Positions 115,891-127,196 of a stretch of DNA of 248,000 bases are shown in pieces (position 1 is the stretch's first letter; each line of letters begins with the position of its first letter). Below the pieces are notes generated by a model. That model made no database searches, had not been told where the DNA came from, and saw only the letters and a list, made by a program, of their open reading frames with translations. The DNA lies in the NCBI RefSeq assembly GCF_000737315.1, contig NZ_JMCB01000002.1, forward strand, positions 268,001 to 516,000, given 5' to 3'. A program made the position numbers and the translations under genes. The stretch is from Hyalangium minutum (GTDB lineage Bacteria > Myxococcota > Myxococcia > Myxococcales > Myxococcaceae).

Positions 115891-116511
115891 ATGTCGTGGA
115901 GAGTTGTGGTGCCGTGGTGGTTGATGGCGGTCCTCGTGGGGGCGTGCGCCTCGTCCGCTCCGTCTGAGCGCCCGGTGGGGCCGCCGCCCAAGGTCCTCTT
116001 CCAATCTCCCCTCGCGCTGCTGCTCGAGCACCACACCGAGCTGGAGCTCACCACTGAGCAGTTGATTGAGCTGGACCGGAGGGAAGCCGCCCTTCAGGAG
116101 AAGAACCGGCCCCTGCGCGAGAAGCTCCAGATGGGGCGAGGACGTGATCCGGAGCAGGGAGAGGCTCCACCGCCCGGAGGAGGCATCAGTGGCGGCCGAG
116201 GGGACCCCAGTGGCATGAGGGGGCACGGCATGGGCGGCATGGGCGGCCGTGGCATGGGCGGTAGGGGCGGCAGGGGCAGCGGCATGGGCGGGGGGCCTCG
116301 GCGCGAAGGGGCTCCCGAGGGCGAAGAGGCCCTGAAGCAGCGACAGGCCGTGCTGCGCGAGATGGAGGACAACGAGTCCGCTGCCTACAACGACGCCGAG
116401 CCCCTCCTGAACGAAGAGCAGAAGGCGAAGGCTCGCGAGCTTGTCTCGCGGCAGCGCGAGGAGCGGATCCGCATTCGTGACGAAGGGCCAGCCGGACGGG
116501 CCCGCCCGTGA
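115891..116511 (+). CDS. Gly-rich lipoprotein (Spy/CpxP-like helices)
   Basis: Lipobox VGAC; L.LT.EQ motifs. Confidence 0.6.
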   Translation: MSWRVVVPWWLMAVLVGACASSAPSERPVGPPPKVLFQSPLALLLEHHTELELTTEQLIELDRREAALQEKNRPLREKLQMGRGRDPEQGEAPPPGGGISGGRGDPSGMRGHGMGGMGGRGMGGRGGRGSGMGGGPRREGAPEGEEALKQRQAVLREMEDNESAAYNDAEPLLNEEQKAKARELVSRQREERIRIRDEGPAGRARP

Positions 116512-116552
116512 GGCTGGGAAGTGCCCAGCCTCCGAGGAAGCTCCTGGCCTCC

Positions 116553-117605
116553 TCAGTAATGGATGCGAGCGCTCTGGGCTCGATGGCCCGAGTAGTTCAA
116601 GTCTTCCCGGTCACTCCCGGTGAACTGCAGGTCAGCGGCATCCCCCTCGTTGTAGGTCACCGTGTGGCCATGCGATGAGGTCGCCGCCGCATTGAAGAAG
116701 AGGAAGTCGATGCGGCCTCCCGCCCCGCCCGTCCAGTTGTCCTCCAGGCAGCTCTGGCTCCCGGAGCAGGCTTCGTAGATCGGATCGTTCCAGCCGTAGT
116801 CGATCGTGCTCGCAATGTGGGCGTTCGCTTGCTTGTACCAGTCCTTGTAGCCGTTGCTGCCGGAGTCGCTCTCGTTGGAGTCGACACCCCAGACCATCAG
116901 GTTGGTGCCGCTGATCCCCCGCATCTTCGTGTCCGTGAGCTGGATGTTCTTCTCGGCGCACCCGGGGTCCGAGGCCGGTCCCTCCTGGTTGGTGGGCCAG
117001 TGCGACGAGCCGACGACGACCTTCTTGCCGGTGATGAGGTCCGTGAAGGCCATGCGCACGCCAATGGAGCGCGCCTGGGTGTTCATCACGCACGAGCCGT
117101 TGGCGCCCTTGTAGACCTGCCACGTCGCCTTCGTGCCCGAGATGGGCTGCAGGCGTCCGGTGCGATAGATGATGGCGTTGGTCTGGTAATCCTTCGCGGC
117201 GCCACAGGGGCTGTTCATGGCATCCGGGTTCGCCTCGGCCACGATGGAGGAGTACAGGCCGGGCAGGTTGTCCTCTATGAACTTCGCGAGCGTGGCCGCC
117301 TGGGTGGCGCCACTCATCTGGTGGACGATGAAGACGTCGGGCGAGTACGCCTGCGTCTTCATGTAATAGATGAGGTCCTGCCAGTCCCCCGCGCATTGAT
117401 CGCTGGCGGTCGGCAGGTTCTCGTAGTTCACGTTGTAGACCACCAGGAAGCCGGTGTTCTCGTTCACGCCGATCGCCTGGGGCACCGTGCCCAGCGCGCC
117501 GGACTCCTCCACGCCTTCTGCTTCGACGCCTCCACAGCCCGCCACGCACAGCGAGACCAGCACCAGGACCGCAACCTTGAAGTTCATGGGCACCTTCACC
117601 GCCAT
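116553..117605 (-). CDS. Endonuclease/exonuclease/phosphatase-fold lipoprotein
   Basis: Lipobox VAGC; YNV, D.N, RIDFLF, SGH. Confidence 0.7.
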   Translation of the reverse strand: MAVKVPMNFKVAVLVLVSLCVAGCGGVEAEGVEESGALGTVPQAIGVNENTGFLVVYNVNYENLPTASDQCAGDWQDLIYYMKTQAYSPDVFIVHQMSGATQAATLAKFIEDNLPGLYSSIVAEANPDAMNSPCGAAKDYQTNAIIYRTGRLQPISGTKATWQVYKGANGSCVMNTQARSIGVRMAFTDLITGKKVVVGSSHWPTNQEGPASDPGCAEKNIQLTDTKMRGISGTNLMVWGVDSNESDSGSNGYKDWYKQANAHIASTIDYGWNDPIYEACSGSQSCLEDNWTGGAGGRIDFLFFNAAATSSHGHTVTYNEGDAADLQFTGSDREDLNYSGHRAQSARIHY

Positions 117606-117693
117606 TCGAGCTGAGGGATTCAGGCTCGATAGGAAGGAGGGCCGGACCTGGCGCGCATCCCAGGAAAAATGAGAAATCCGTGTGACGCGCTCT

Positions 117694-118089
117694 TCAGTCC
117701 CAGTGCTCGAGCTCAAGCATTGGCGGCAGCGCCCAGGAATGGCGCCTCGCCTCGTAGACAGAGACCGTGGGTGACGGAAAGCTGGGATCGGCGAAGGCAC
117801 CGACGGCAACGGAGATGAAGTCCGGCAAGGTGCTGGGCTCCCAGTACACGGTGGAGCCACACACCGGACAGAAGTGGAGGGTGGCGGAGTTACCGCTGTC
117901 TCCCACCCGCGAGAACGCGGTGGAGCGCCCTTCGATGGCAGAGACGTCCTGTCGGCGGAACCGGGCTTGCGTCCCGAAGACGCTCCCGGTCCTTCGCTGA
118001 CACTCCAGGCAGTGGCATATCGACACCCGGACGGGCTCGCCCGTGCACACCACCCGCAACTGGCCACAACTACAGGATGCTCGACGCAA
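117694..118089 (-). CDS. GFA family protein
   Basis: CSCG, CHC..CQR, FCP.CGS. Confidence 0.88.
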   Translation of the reverse strand: MRRASCSCGQLRVVCTGEPVRVSICHCLECQRRTGSVFGTQARFRRQDVSAIEGRSTAFSRVGDSGNSATLHFCPVCGSTVYWEPSTLPDFISVAVGAFADPSFPSPTVSVYEARRHSWALPPMLELEHWD

Positions 118090-118162
118090 GGGCGTCCTCT
118101 TTCTATAGGGAGGTGCGCAGAGCATCAGAGCTTGCTTAGCCCCACCGCTCAAGGAGGTTCGC

Positions 118163-118954
118163 ATGCCGAAAACGATGACGCTGTCCCAGGTGATGAAGCA
118201 GCTCGAGGGGCAGGGCGACGAGAAGGTGCGCCAGCGCTACGTGCGCGATGGCGCAGGGGACAACGTTTTCGGCGTGCTGCTCGGCAAGATCCGTGGCCTC
118301 GCAGAGGCGCTCGGGACGAACCACGGGCTCGGCCTGGAGCTGTGGGCGACGGGCAACCACGAGGCGCGCATCCTCGCGTGCATGCTGCTCGATCCCGCGG
118401 CGCTCACCGAGAAGGAGGCGCGCGCGCTCCTCGAGCCGCTCTCGAATCAGACCCTGGTCGACGAGCTCGTCGGACGCGTGCTCGTGCATGCGCCCATCGC
118501 CGAGGCGCTGCAGGTGCGGTGGATGGATGGCAGCAAGGAACTTCCCCGCCGCGCTGGGTGGAAGCTCCTCGCCGGGCGCATCGCGCGCGGGCTCGCGAAG
118601 GACCTCGATGTCCGCGCGACGCTCGCGCGCATCGAGCATGAGTTGCCACCCGCCCCGTACCGGGTGAAGGAGGGCATCAACTTCTGCCTCGTCTGGATCG
118701 GCCTCCACCTGCCCGCGTACACGCAGGAGGCCATTGCCATCGGCGAGCGCCTCGGACGGTGGGACCCGCGACCGATCCCGAAGGGCTGCACGTCGAGCTA
118801 TGCGCCGGAGTGGATCGCGGCGTCACTCGCGCTGCGTCGAGGCGAGAAGACCGAGGCACGAAAGGCGATGGATGCGGCCGCAAAGGCGAAGGCCACTCCG
118901 GCCAGGAAGAAGAGCGCTGGGAAGAGGCCTCCTGCCAAGAAGAGGGCGCGCTGA
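118163..118954 (+). CDS. DNA alkylation repair (AlkD-like) protein
   Basis: FGV..G.IR, LW..G.HEAR; PKGCTS. Confidence 0.8.
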   Translation: MPKTMTLSQVMKQLEGQGDEKVRQRYVRDGAGDNVFGVLLGKIRGLAEALGTNHGLGLELWATGNHEARILACMLLDPAALTEKEARALLEPLSNQTLVDELVGRVLVHAPIAEALQVRWMDGSKELPRRAGWKLLAGRIARGLAKDLDVRATLARIEHELPPAPYRVKEGINFCLVWIGLHLPAYTQEAIAIGERLGRWDPRPIPKGCTSSYAPEWIAASLALRRGEKTEARKAMDAAAKAKATPARKKSAGKRPPAKKRAR

Positions 118955-119029
118955 CATCGCGCGCTCTTGGGCCGGCTCTTGCCTCGCCGCTGCCCAAGGC
119001 GGGGGGAGCTCAGGCTGCGAAACACCCCG

Positions 119030-119854
119030 TCAAAGGCTCTTGAAGTGCTTTTGGAGCCATGGACAGAGCAGCATCACCGCCACCCAAGCCAGCGCGAGCA
119101 GCACCAGGCCTCCCGTGCTGCCCGAGGTGCTGCATCCACCCCAGGGTGATTCGCGCACGCAGCGCTGCTCGAGGGTGACCGGGACGGGCTCGGATCTGTT
119201 GCCGGCGAGATCCACCGCGGTGAGCGTGCCCCGAATCGTGCGATTCGCGGCGGGACACGAGAACGCCAGACTTGCCTCGGCGGGGAGCCCTGCGGCCAGG
119301 AGCGTGTCACCCTCGTGGAGAAGGTACGTGACCGCACCCGCGCTGCTGGCAGTGAGCCGGGCGAAGCCGGTTTCCACGAAGCACTCCGCGCCGCTTGCTT
119401 CCTCTTGCGGAACATAAGGGAGGATCTTCCCCACCGTGACAGACGGAGCCGCAGGCGCGGTCCCATCTTCGGAACTCCCGGTGGTGAAGGAGGTGAGGGT
119501 GATGGGGCCGCCCCCTTGCTGGAGCAACTCGATCCGGTAGCGGGAGTTCGCCGCGAGGGGCGACTCCGGGATGAGCTCGGCGTTCTCGTGAGTGCCATCT
119601 CCTGGCTTCCAGGAGAGCGTGAAGGGCACATTCTCCACGGAGCCATTCGGGCCCTCGCGCAGCCAGGCGAACGAGCGGGTTGCGCTCTTGAAGGTCAACA
119701 GGCTCACGTGAGCATTGAGTGGGACCTCGGTCTGCTGCTGCTTGGGAACGACGTGGTACCAGAGCGCGATGTCACACGCCCAGGACGGGCCCGCGGCTCC
119801 GAGGAACCCCGCCAGGGCGATGCCCCAGGCCCAGCTTGCTGAAATCCGCTTCAT
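119030..119854 (-). CDS. Exported Ig-like protein with MYXO-CTERM-like tail
   Basis: Signal peptide; GGCSTSG plus TM. Confidence 0.6.
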   Translation of the reverse strand: MKRISASWAWGIALAGFLGAAGPSWACDIALWYHVVPKQQQTEVPLNAHVSLLTFKSATRSFAWLREGPNGSVENVPFTLSWKPGDGTHENAELIPESPLAANSRYRIELLQQGGGPITLTSFTTGSSEDGTAPAAPSVTVGKILPYVPQEEASGAECFVETGFARLTASSAGAVTYLLHEGDTLLAAGLPAEASLAFSCPAANRTIRGTLTAVDLAGNRSEPVPVTLEQRCVRESPWGGCSTSGSTGGLVLLALAWVAVMLLCPWLQKHFKSL

Positions 119855-120580
119855 GTATGGCTGCCTCCCGCGCCAGCAGTCAGCAATCGCTGTGCCGCAC
119901 CGCAAAGGGCGGGAGTTCCCAGGCGCCGCCTCGCTCCATCCACGGGGAGTGAGGCTCCAGCTCTCAGAAAAGTGAGGCGGTGCCCCTGGCCCCTGTCCGT
120001 TCCAGCTCCTCCGCCACCTCCGCTGTACTGTGCTCCAGCCGCGTCCTGCACTTACCGCAACAGCAACGCGCAGAACCCCCCATCACCTACAACCCCCACG
120101 GTGAACCAGGCCACAGAGTTCCCAACACTACCGCTGTGGAGTTCCCGCAGGGGGTGCAGCCCTGAATCGACGAGCCGCGCCGCGGCCGCCGCACGGCCTC
120201 CGGGAGGGACTTACGCAACAGCGTCAGCGCCGCCAGCAGCGCCGCGCCCAGCGTGACCAGCACGCCGTACGAGCCTGTCGAGGCGACCGCCGCGGCGACG
120301 ACGCCCACGAGCAGCTCTTGGACCTGAGGACGAGCTACCTCAAGGCATTGAGTGCCGATCCTTGCCACTTTGCGCTGGAAGGTGGCTCCACGTCCCAGCG
120401 TCAATGGCGCCGATGCTCAACCGCTCCGAGGTCGAATCCGCTCTCTCTCAGTTCCTCCCCTTCGAGCACACTGAGCTCCGATGGAGTGAACTTGATGGCG
120501 TTGTGGACGAGGTGGTCCAGACCTGATTCAGCAGGTCCTCGTCTGCGGTCTGGACCACTTCGTCGAGGCCCGCCTCGATT

Positions 120581-121369
120581 TCAGTACACCTGGTACCCAT
120601 TCAGGAACAGGTCTACCTGCAGGAGATAGGAGTCCTCACCTGCATGCGCGTAAGAGTCCCAGTAGTAGAATGTGCCGTCGTTGTTCGGTTGGATGCCGAG
120701 GGAATGAGCCGTGGTCGTAGCCTGGTCATCCCATCCCCAATCCCAGTTATAGTAGCTGCCGTTTATCTGCTGAGCCCAAGGATTGTAATAGGACGCTGTA
120801 CAAGAGTTAACGTACCAATGCGTATCAACGGGATAGGGCTGGCCCGTTCCATTGTAGGGCGTGCAGTTTCCATACACATTGCTGATCCCAATCGACCCGT
120901 CGGTATAGACATACCAGAGCACATAGTTCAGAGTCGTGGCGAGATCGATCTGGGGAAGGTCCTCTGTGATGATCTTGCCCTCTGCATACCAATAGCCAGG
121001 GCTGATGGCATTCGGCGTGTAGTCCGGCACCTTTCTCCCAGTCTGGCCCTTCAACCACTCACTCGGAACCTCTTTCTTGGTGGCCTTGTAGGTTCTTGTC
121101 TTGAGATCGATTTCGAGGTGGTAATAGAGGGGAGAATCTCCGATCCGAAAGATGCCTCTCGTCTCGATGCGCGCGCCATCCTCCTCAATCGACGCATGCA
121201 GGGAGGCGTTGAGCTGTTCGCTCTGAGGGTTTGCCTTCAGTTCGAACCGACTGCCTTTCTGGGGGAGCCCTTCAAGGGACTCCCTGCTGGTACTGGATGG
121301 CTCCGCTCCTGCGAGTGCTCCCATCAGGCCATAGGCTGCGGCAAGACCGATGCTCCAGCGCTTCATCAT
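120581..121369 (-). CDS. Low-GC secreted hypothetical protein
   Basis: AAGGAG RBS, signal peptide, Y/W/N-rich; visibly AT-richer than flanks. Confidence 0.7.
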   Translation of the reverse strand: MMKRWSIGLAAAYGLMGALAGAEPSSTSRESLEGLPQKGSRFELKANPQSEQLNASLHASIEEDGARIETRGIFRIGDSPLYYHLEIDLKTRTYKATKKEVPSEWLKGQTGRKVPDYTPNAISPGYWYAEGKIITEDLPQIDLATTLNYVLWYVYTDGSIGISNVYGNCTPYNGTGQPYPVDTHWYVNSCTASYYNPWAQQINGSYYNWDWGWDDQATTTAHSLGIQPNNDGTFYYWDSYAHAGEDSYLLQVDLFLNGYQVY

Positions 121370-121725
121370 GATCCTCCTTGGAAAATTCGTCGGATTGATT
121401 TGCGGACCACATGAGAGGTGTTTGGCTTGTCCCCGAGGCTGCTTTCGCGAAGCCAGGAAAAACTCTCTCACATGGATAGAGACTCTGAGAAGGAAAATGA
121501 TGCGAAAGAAGAGAAGTGGATAATGATCCAGCAATTCTGATCTGGTTGGAAACAAGCCATGAAAGTGTCACGCCGAGGACCGCTGAGGCATCCCTCAAAT
121601 AGTCCCAACACTTCGCGAAAGACGGGTTGCGCTGAGACGAGTTGAGCGAAGCGCTCCTTGTAAGGACGCCGGCGATGCTCGGGCATGTAGGGGATGGCCT
121701 GTGGGCGGGAGAGCTGGCCCCCGCT

Positions 121726-124182
121726 TTATGGGGCGGGACTCTGGTGGCGCTCCCAGGAGAGCATCCACGCTGGCAGCGCGAACAGCGCCGCGCTGATGCA
121801 GGTGAGCTCTCCCAGGGATGCCAGCAGCCCGAATCCCGCCAGCGCCTGGTTGTCCGCCGCCAGCAGGGATGCGTAGCCCATCATGGTGGTGCACGAGCAG
121901 AGCACGACGGCTCTGCCCGTTCCCCGGAGGATGCGCGGCAGCGAGCCGGGGCCCTCGAGCTGCCAGCGCTGGACGATGTTCACCGCGTAGTCCACGCCGA
122001 TGCCGAAGGTGATCGGGAGCACGACGAAGTTGAGGAAGTTCACCCGGGTCTGCGCCGCCGCCGCGAGCCCGACCAGCCACGCCACCCCCAGCAGCAGCCC
122101 GAAGAGCACCAGGAGCGTGGGCTTCACGCGGCGGAACACGAGGATGACCAGCAGGGTCACCGCGCCGAGCGCGAGGCCTGTCGCCCTGGGCCCATCCCGC
122201 GTGATGGCGGCCGCGATATCCGCGAAGAGCAGCGACTCGCTGACGGCCTCGGCCCGCGCCCCCGACTCCTGGATGGCCCCGCGCACCAACTGGGTGATCT
122301 CATGGAGGCTCTTGGAGTCCAGCGTGCCCACCTTGCGCGGGAAGGCGAGCGCCACCCGTCCCTCCGTGCCGTCCCTCTCCGTGAGGGCCCACAGGATGGC
122401 CCTCGGTAGATCCCGCAGCGTCACGGGCCGCACGTCCTCGGGCGGCCGGAGCTGCTCCACCTTCTGACGCTGCTGCGCGGGCAGTTGCTCCAGGCGCGCA
122501 TCGGTCAGCTCGGCCCGTAGCTCCTGGATCAGCGGGAGCTTCTCCTCCTGCCCGGAGGGAAGGACCGTCTTGAGCGTCCTCACCTCGCGCAGGGGATCCT
122601 TCGCGCCCAGCGTCGCCCGGCGTTTTTCCAGTGCCGCCACCACCTTGTCTAGATCCGCCGGTGTCTCGCCGATGATCACCACGGGCGTGAGATAGACCCG
122701 GAAGATCTCATCGATCCGTTGGCCCCAGTAGAGGGAGCCATGGAGGAGGCTTTGCCGCGAGCGCAGCCGGGTGATGTTGTACTCGATGAGCTCGCCCCGG
122801 TAGTTCAGCACCGCGGCTCCACTCAGCCCAAGCAGGACGAGCGACAGCCCCTGCAGCAACCCCCGTCGGCGGACTACCACGTGGCTCACCCAGCGTGACA
122901 GCGGTGCCCGGGGACTCTCGGAGACGTCTGCGGGCCTCCACGCCTCCATGGTGAACAGGAGCGGGGGGAGCAGCAGCGCCGCCGAGACCCAGCAGGCCGC
123001 CATGCCCACCGACCCGATGACGCCGAACTGGTTGAAGCCACGGAAGGCCGTCGCCGCGAGCGACAGGTACGCCAGGCCCGCCGCGAACGACGCTACGAAG
123101 GTTGCCGCCAGCGTGCCACGCCAAGCCCTCTGGAGGGACTGCTCCACGTCGCCTCCCGCCCTGCGCTCCTCCAGGTAGCGCGCGGAGATGATGATGGCGG
123201 CGTTGATGCCATTGCCCACGACGATGGAGCCCAGGAAGGCCGTGTTCGTGTTGAGGTGGCCCACCAGGAAGTAGGACGCTCCGAAGGTGACGGCGCAGCC
123301 CACCGCGAGCGAGCTGACGATGGCCATGATGGTGGGCCAGTGACGGAAGAAGAGCCACAGTGCCGCGAGCACGCACACCAGCACCATCACGGTGGAGGAC
123401 ACCAGGTCCTCCTGGAGCGCCTCTTGCTCCTCCACCAGCGAGGCCACCTCCCCGTCGTAGCCCACGCGCATCGTGGGATCGAAAGAGGGCGGGTCTAGCG
123501 CCTGCACCTCCTGGCGGACCCGGTCGAGGAGCTTCTTGTTGGAGGCATAGCCCGTGGCGAGCTCGGGCGGCCGGAGGAGCAGCGCCAGCAGATGGCCCTC
123601 GGGCGTCTGGTAGTAGCCGTCGCGGAAGTGCGAGGCCGCATCCCATTGCGCGCCGTACTTCTGCTCCAGGCTGCTGAAGTCCAGCGGTGGCGGCTCCTGG
123701 TCGGTGCCCAGCAGGTCCACCAGCAGCGGATTGGCGTGGCGCCGCTCCCAGGCCACGCGGTTCTGGAGTTGCTCCAGCACCGTGCGCAGGTCCTCCGTGT
123801 CCACGTAGAACAGCCCGAAGCGCTTCAGGAACGCCACGTCGGCATCCGTGCGGTACTCCACGGCTTCGAGCTCATCGCGAGGCAGCATCTTGAGCCGCGC
123901 GGCAAGCGCCTCCGCGAAGCGTTGCAAGGCGTGGGGATCCTGGCCCTCCAGCACCACCGACAGGAGGGTCACGTCGTGCAGCTTGGAGCCCCAGCGCTTG
124001 GCCGCGACCACGCTCGGTGCATCCGAGGGCAAGAGCTCTTCCACCTCGCTGCGCAGATCGCGGTACAGCAGCACCGAGAAGCAGGTACCCAAAAGGCCGA
124101 GCAGGGCTGCGGCCGCGAGCACGCCGTGGCGGTGGCGGATCAGCCAGGGCACCAGTGTTCGTGAGAGGCGCTCGACAGGCAT
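121726..124182 (-). CDS. MMPL/RND-family transporter
   Basis: Two-repeat TM topology; G.GIN, GIGVDY. Confidence 0.88.
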   Translation of the reverse strand: MPVERLSRTLVPWLIRHRHGVLAAAALLGLLGTCFSVLLYRDLRSEVEELLPSDAPSVVAAKRWGSKLHDVTLLSVVLEGQDPHALQRFAEALAARLKMLPRDELEAVEYRTDADVAFLKRFGLFYVDTEDLRTVLEQLQNRVAWERRHANPLLVDLLGTDQEPPPLDFSSLEQKYGAQWDAASHFRDGYYQTPEGHLLALLLRPPELATGYASNKKLLDRVRQEVQALDPPSFDPTMRVGYDGEVASLVEEQEALQEDLVSSTVMVLVCVLAALWLFFRHWPTIMAIVSSLAVGCAVTFGASYFLVGHLNTNTAFLGSIVVGNGINAAIIISARYLEERRAGGDVEQSLQRAWRGTLAATFVASFAAGLAYLSLAATAFRGFNQFGVIGSVGMAACWVSAALLLPPLLFTMEAWRPADVSESPRAPLSRWVSHVVVRRRGLLQGLSLVLLGLSGAAVLNYRGELIEYNITRLRSRQSLLHGSLYWGQRIDEIFRVYLTPVVIIGETPADLDKVVAALEKRRATLGAKDPLREVRTLKTVLPSGQEEKLPLIQELRAELTDARLEQLPAQQRQKVEQLRPPEDVRPVTLRDLPRAILWALTERDGTEGRVALAFPRKVGTLDSKSLHEITQLVRGAIQESGARAEAVSESLLFADIAAAITRDGPRATGLALGAVTLLVILVFRRVKPTLLVLFGLLLGVAWLVGLAAAAQTRVNFLNFVVLPITFGIGVDYAVNIVQRWQLEGPGSLPRILRGTGRAVVLCSCTTMMGYASLLAADNQALAGFGLLASLGELTCISAALFALPAWMLSWERHQSPAP

Positions 124183-124455
124183 CTCCCGCCCCGCGCCAGT
124201 TGCTTGCTGGCCATGCCGGCCCTGTTGAGTCTGTTCCCCTCCCGGCTCAGCAGCCACCGGCGCTCCGCATGGGCGCTGGAGGCACTTGCCGCGCCTCCCT
124301 GGGGAGTACAGGGGAAACGTGCATGGTCTGTTACCCACTCCGGTCGCCGGAGAGGCTCGGAGTATGGGCCTGGCGGCAGGCACCGGCGATTGCCCGTGGG
124401 GTGGAGAGGCCGTTGCTTGTTGGACGGGGCGTCAGAGAAGGCTTGGCGGCTCAGG

Positions 124456-126312
124456 CTATGGAGGCTCGGCCGGGAACAGCTGGGCGCGCAGCGTCTCCGT
124501 CTTGCGGCGGCGGTGCGCGTTGCCATCATCCAGCAGGGTGGCCAGCGAGTATTGCCGGAGCGCGGGTTCGCGCTTGCCCTCCCGGAGCAAGGTGTCGCCG
124601 CGGGCGTCGGCCAGCTCCGCCAGCCGCTTCCGCGCGGCCCTGTCCGGAAGCTCCTTGCGCGGCTTGTACGCCGTGACACAGCGCCAGCGCTTGAGCGCCC
124701 GCGGCGCCTGGTCCTCGCGGATCTCCTGCTCGAAGCGCTGAATGAGTGCCTCGAGGCCCAGGGCCAGGGTGGTCGCCTTGCCCTCGGGACAGCGCGGATC
124801 TTCCGTCGCGCTCAGCCCGTTGAGCATGAAGAAGGAGCCGCCGATGGGGTGGAACTCGGCCATCAGTTTCTGGAGGTTGACGAAGTAGCCACTCGGACCG
124901 TGCAGGTCCATGAGGATAGGAGGCCCCTCCGAGACCAGGTAGTCCTCCATCGCGCCCAGCCGCAGCCGGTGCCGCGCCACCGCGTAGTCCGCCAGTCCGG
125001 CCAGATCGATGATCTCCGCGTTGCGCATCACCATGGCCAGCCCGCCCAGGTCCGGGTACGCCACCAGCGGCCGCAGCTGCCCGAGCTGCCGCGTGGTGGC
125101 CCGCACCTGCTCGGCGAGGCCCGCGATGAACGTGTACGGCAGCTCCGGCGCGGCCTTCACCTGCGGAGATCGCTCGAGGCTCTCGCGCGCCACGCGGTTT
125201 CCCGGGATGAGCACCAGCGCCACCGCCAGGAGCCGCAGCGTGCGCGCCGGCCACACCGCGCCCCGGTTCGCGATGCGCGCGCTCCACTCGCGCAGTCCGG
125301 AGATTCCCGTGGCCACCGCCACGCCCAGCAGCGGCACCAGCGGCGCGATGAAGCGCCACTCGCGCATCCAGTCGCCCTTCGCTCGCCACACGAAGAAGAC
125401 GCCACAGCCCACGAAGAGGCAGGTGAGCGCGGTTCGGCGCACCTCGTCCCGGCCGCCGGACAGCCCCAGCACCGCGCACACCACCGCGAGCTTGCACAGC
125501 GGCCCATACGTGAGCGCGAAGGTCTCCAGGTACTGCCCCACCTGAAAGTCCATCGTGCTCTTGGCGTAGTACGTGTTGGGCAGCAGGTCCGCGAAGAGGC
125601 TCCAGCGCACCACGAGCCAGCCGCCCACCAGCGCCACCAGCCACGCGCCGATGCGCCACTCCTGCCGCCCAGGCCAGCGCCGCTCCAGGCCCCGGCTCAC
125701 CACCCAGAGCACCGCCGAGGCCCCGGCGAAGAGCACGCCCTCGGGCCGCGTGAGGCAGAGCAGCCCCAGCGCCCAGCCCGCATGCGCCGAGCGCCCCGTG
125801 CGCAGCTCCTTCAGCACGAAGAGCCCGGAGATCGCCAGCAGGAAGGCCTCCAGCCCCGTCTCCATGCCGCTGGAGATCCAATACGCATAGGTAGGGTTCA
125901 TCGCCGCCACGAGCGGCCCCAGTGCATCCTCCACTCGCAAATCCCTGCCGCGTGCGGCCGGTCCCCAATAGGAGAAGGCGGGCAGCGCGAGGACTCCGAA
126001 GATGATGCCCAACACGTGTGTGTAGGAGACCGGGTCTCGCCCCAGCGGCCGGCTCAGCCCCAGCAGCAGGGTCCACAGTGGGTTGGAGAAGCCCTCCACG
126101 GGCTGGGAGAACGGGGTGATGCGCAGGCCGTGTCCCGCGAACAGGGTCTGGCTGTAGGCCAGCGAGATGGCCGCATCATCCACGATGGGCACGGCCAGGT
126201 AGCGGCAGTGGTAGGCCAGTCCCACCGTGGCCGCGAGCACGAGCCCCACCGTGAACCAGGGCTCGAGCCGCGCCACACGTAGGGACCATGGCGAGAGGCC
126301 GGGCGAGGACAT
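124456..126312 (-). CDS. Polytopic GT-C-like membrane protein
   Basis: [32 protein letters not shown]. Confidence 0.7.
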   Translation of the reverse strand: MSSPGLSPWSLRVARLEPWFTVGLVLAATVGLAYHCRYLAVPIVDDAAISLAYSQTLFAGHGLRITPFSQPVEGFSNPLWTLLLGLSRPLGRDPVSYTHVLGIIFGVLALPAFSYWGPAARGRDLRVEDALGPLVAAMNPTYAYWISSGMETGLEAFLLAISGLFVLKELRTGRSAHAGWALGLLCLTRPEGVLFAGASAVLWVVSRGLERRWPGRQEWRIGAWLVALVGGWLVVRWSLFADLLPNTYYAKSTMDFQVGQYLETFALTYGPLCKLAVVCAVLGLSGGRDEVRRTALTCLFVGCGVFFVWRAKGDWMREWRFIAPLVPLLGVAVATGISGLREWSARIANRGAVWPARTLRLLAVALVLIPGNRVARESLERSPQVKAAPELPYTFIAGLAEQVRATTRQLGQLRPLVAYPDLGGLAMVMRNAEIIDLAGLADYAVARHRLRLGAMEDYLVSEGPPILMDLHGPSGYFVNLQKLMAEFHPIGGSFFMLNGLSATEDPRCPEGKATTLALGLEALIQRFEQEIREDQAPRALKRWRCVTAYKPRKELPDRAARKRLAELADARGDTLLREGKREPALRQYSLATLLDDGNAHRRRKTETLRAQLFPAEPP

Positions 126313-126403
126313 GCCCGTGTGCCTCTATGACAGCCGAGGCGGGGAATCCAGCCTGCTCGGGAGCCCGCCAGGACGCCCAGGAAGGTGGTATGCCCAGAGG
126401 CCT

Positions 126404-127195
126404 ATGACTTCTCCCGTGGCTCTCATCACTGGCGGCTCGCGAGGCGTGGGCCGGAGTGTCTCCCTGCGGCTGGCCCAGGCCGGTTATGACATCGTCTCCA
126501 CCTACCGGCGCGATGCCGAGGCCGCCGCGTCGCTGGCCCGGGAAGTCGAGGCGCTCGGCCGCCGCTGCCGCACCGTCGTTGCCGACCAGCTGGAGCCCGC
126601 CAGCCTCCACTCCGCGTTCGACACCGTTCAGCAGGAGTTCGGCGGGTTGGATGTCTTCGTGGCCAACGCGGCCTCCACCGCCTTCGTGCCGCTGATGCAG
126701 ATGAAGCTCCACCAAATGGACAAGACGTTCAACGTCACGGTGAAGAGCTTCGTGCTCGGCGTGCAGCGCGCCGTGCCGCTCATGGAGGGCCGCCGGGGCC
126801 GCATCGTCGCGGTGTCCGGCATGGACTCGCGCACGCCGCTGCCCTTCCACGGGCTTTTGGGCGCCATGAAGGGCTCCATGGAGATTCTGGTGAAGTACTT
126901 CGCCGCCGAGCTGGCCGGCACCGGCATTCGCGTCAACGCCGTGAACCCGGGCTACATCGACACGGACTCCAGCCGCTTCTACATGGGCGACTCCTGGAAT
127001 GCCCTGGAGGCCCGTATCAAGGAGACCGTGCCGGTGGGCAACATCGCCAGCCCGGACGAGATTGCCCGCCCCATCGAGTGGCTCTGCTCCGAGGCCTCCT
127101 CCTACATCAACGGCCAGACGATCGTCGTGGATGGGGGGCTCGAGGTGAACTACGGGATGAACATGGCCGTCCAGCTCTCCCAGCCGACCCGGTGA
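126404..127195 (+). CDS. SDR oxidoreductase (FabL-like)
   Basis: [17 protein letters not shown]. Confidence 0.85.
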   Translation: MTSPVALITGGSRGVGRSVSLRLAQAGYDIVSTYRRDAEAAASLAREVEALGRRCRTVVADQLEPASLHSAFDTVQQEFGGLDVFVANAASTAFVPLMQMKLHQMDKTFNVTVKSFVLGVQRAVPLMEGRRGRIVAVSGMDSRTPLPFHGLLGAMKGSMEILVKYFAAELAGTGIRVNAVNPGYIDTDSSRFYMGDSWNALEARIKETVPVGNIASPDEIARPIEWLCSEASSYINGQTIVVDGGLEVNYGMNMAVQLSQPTR

Positions 127196-127196
127196 C

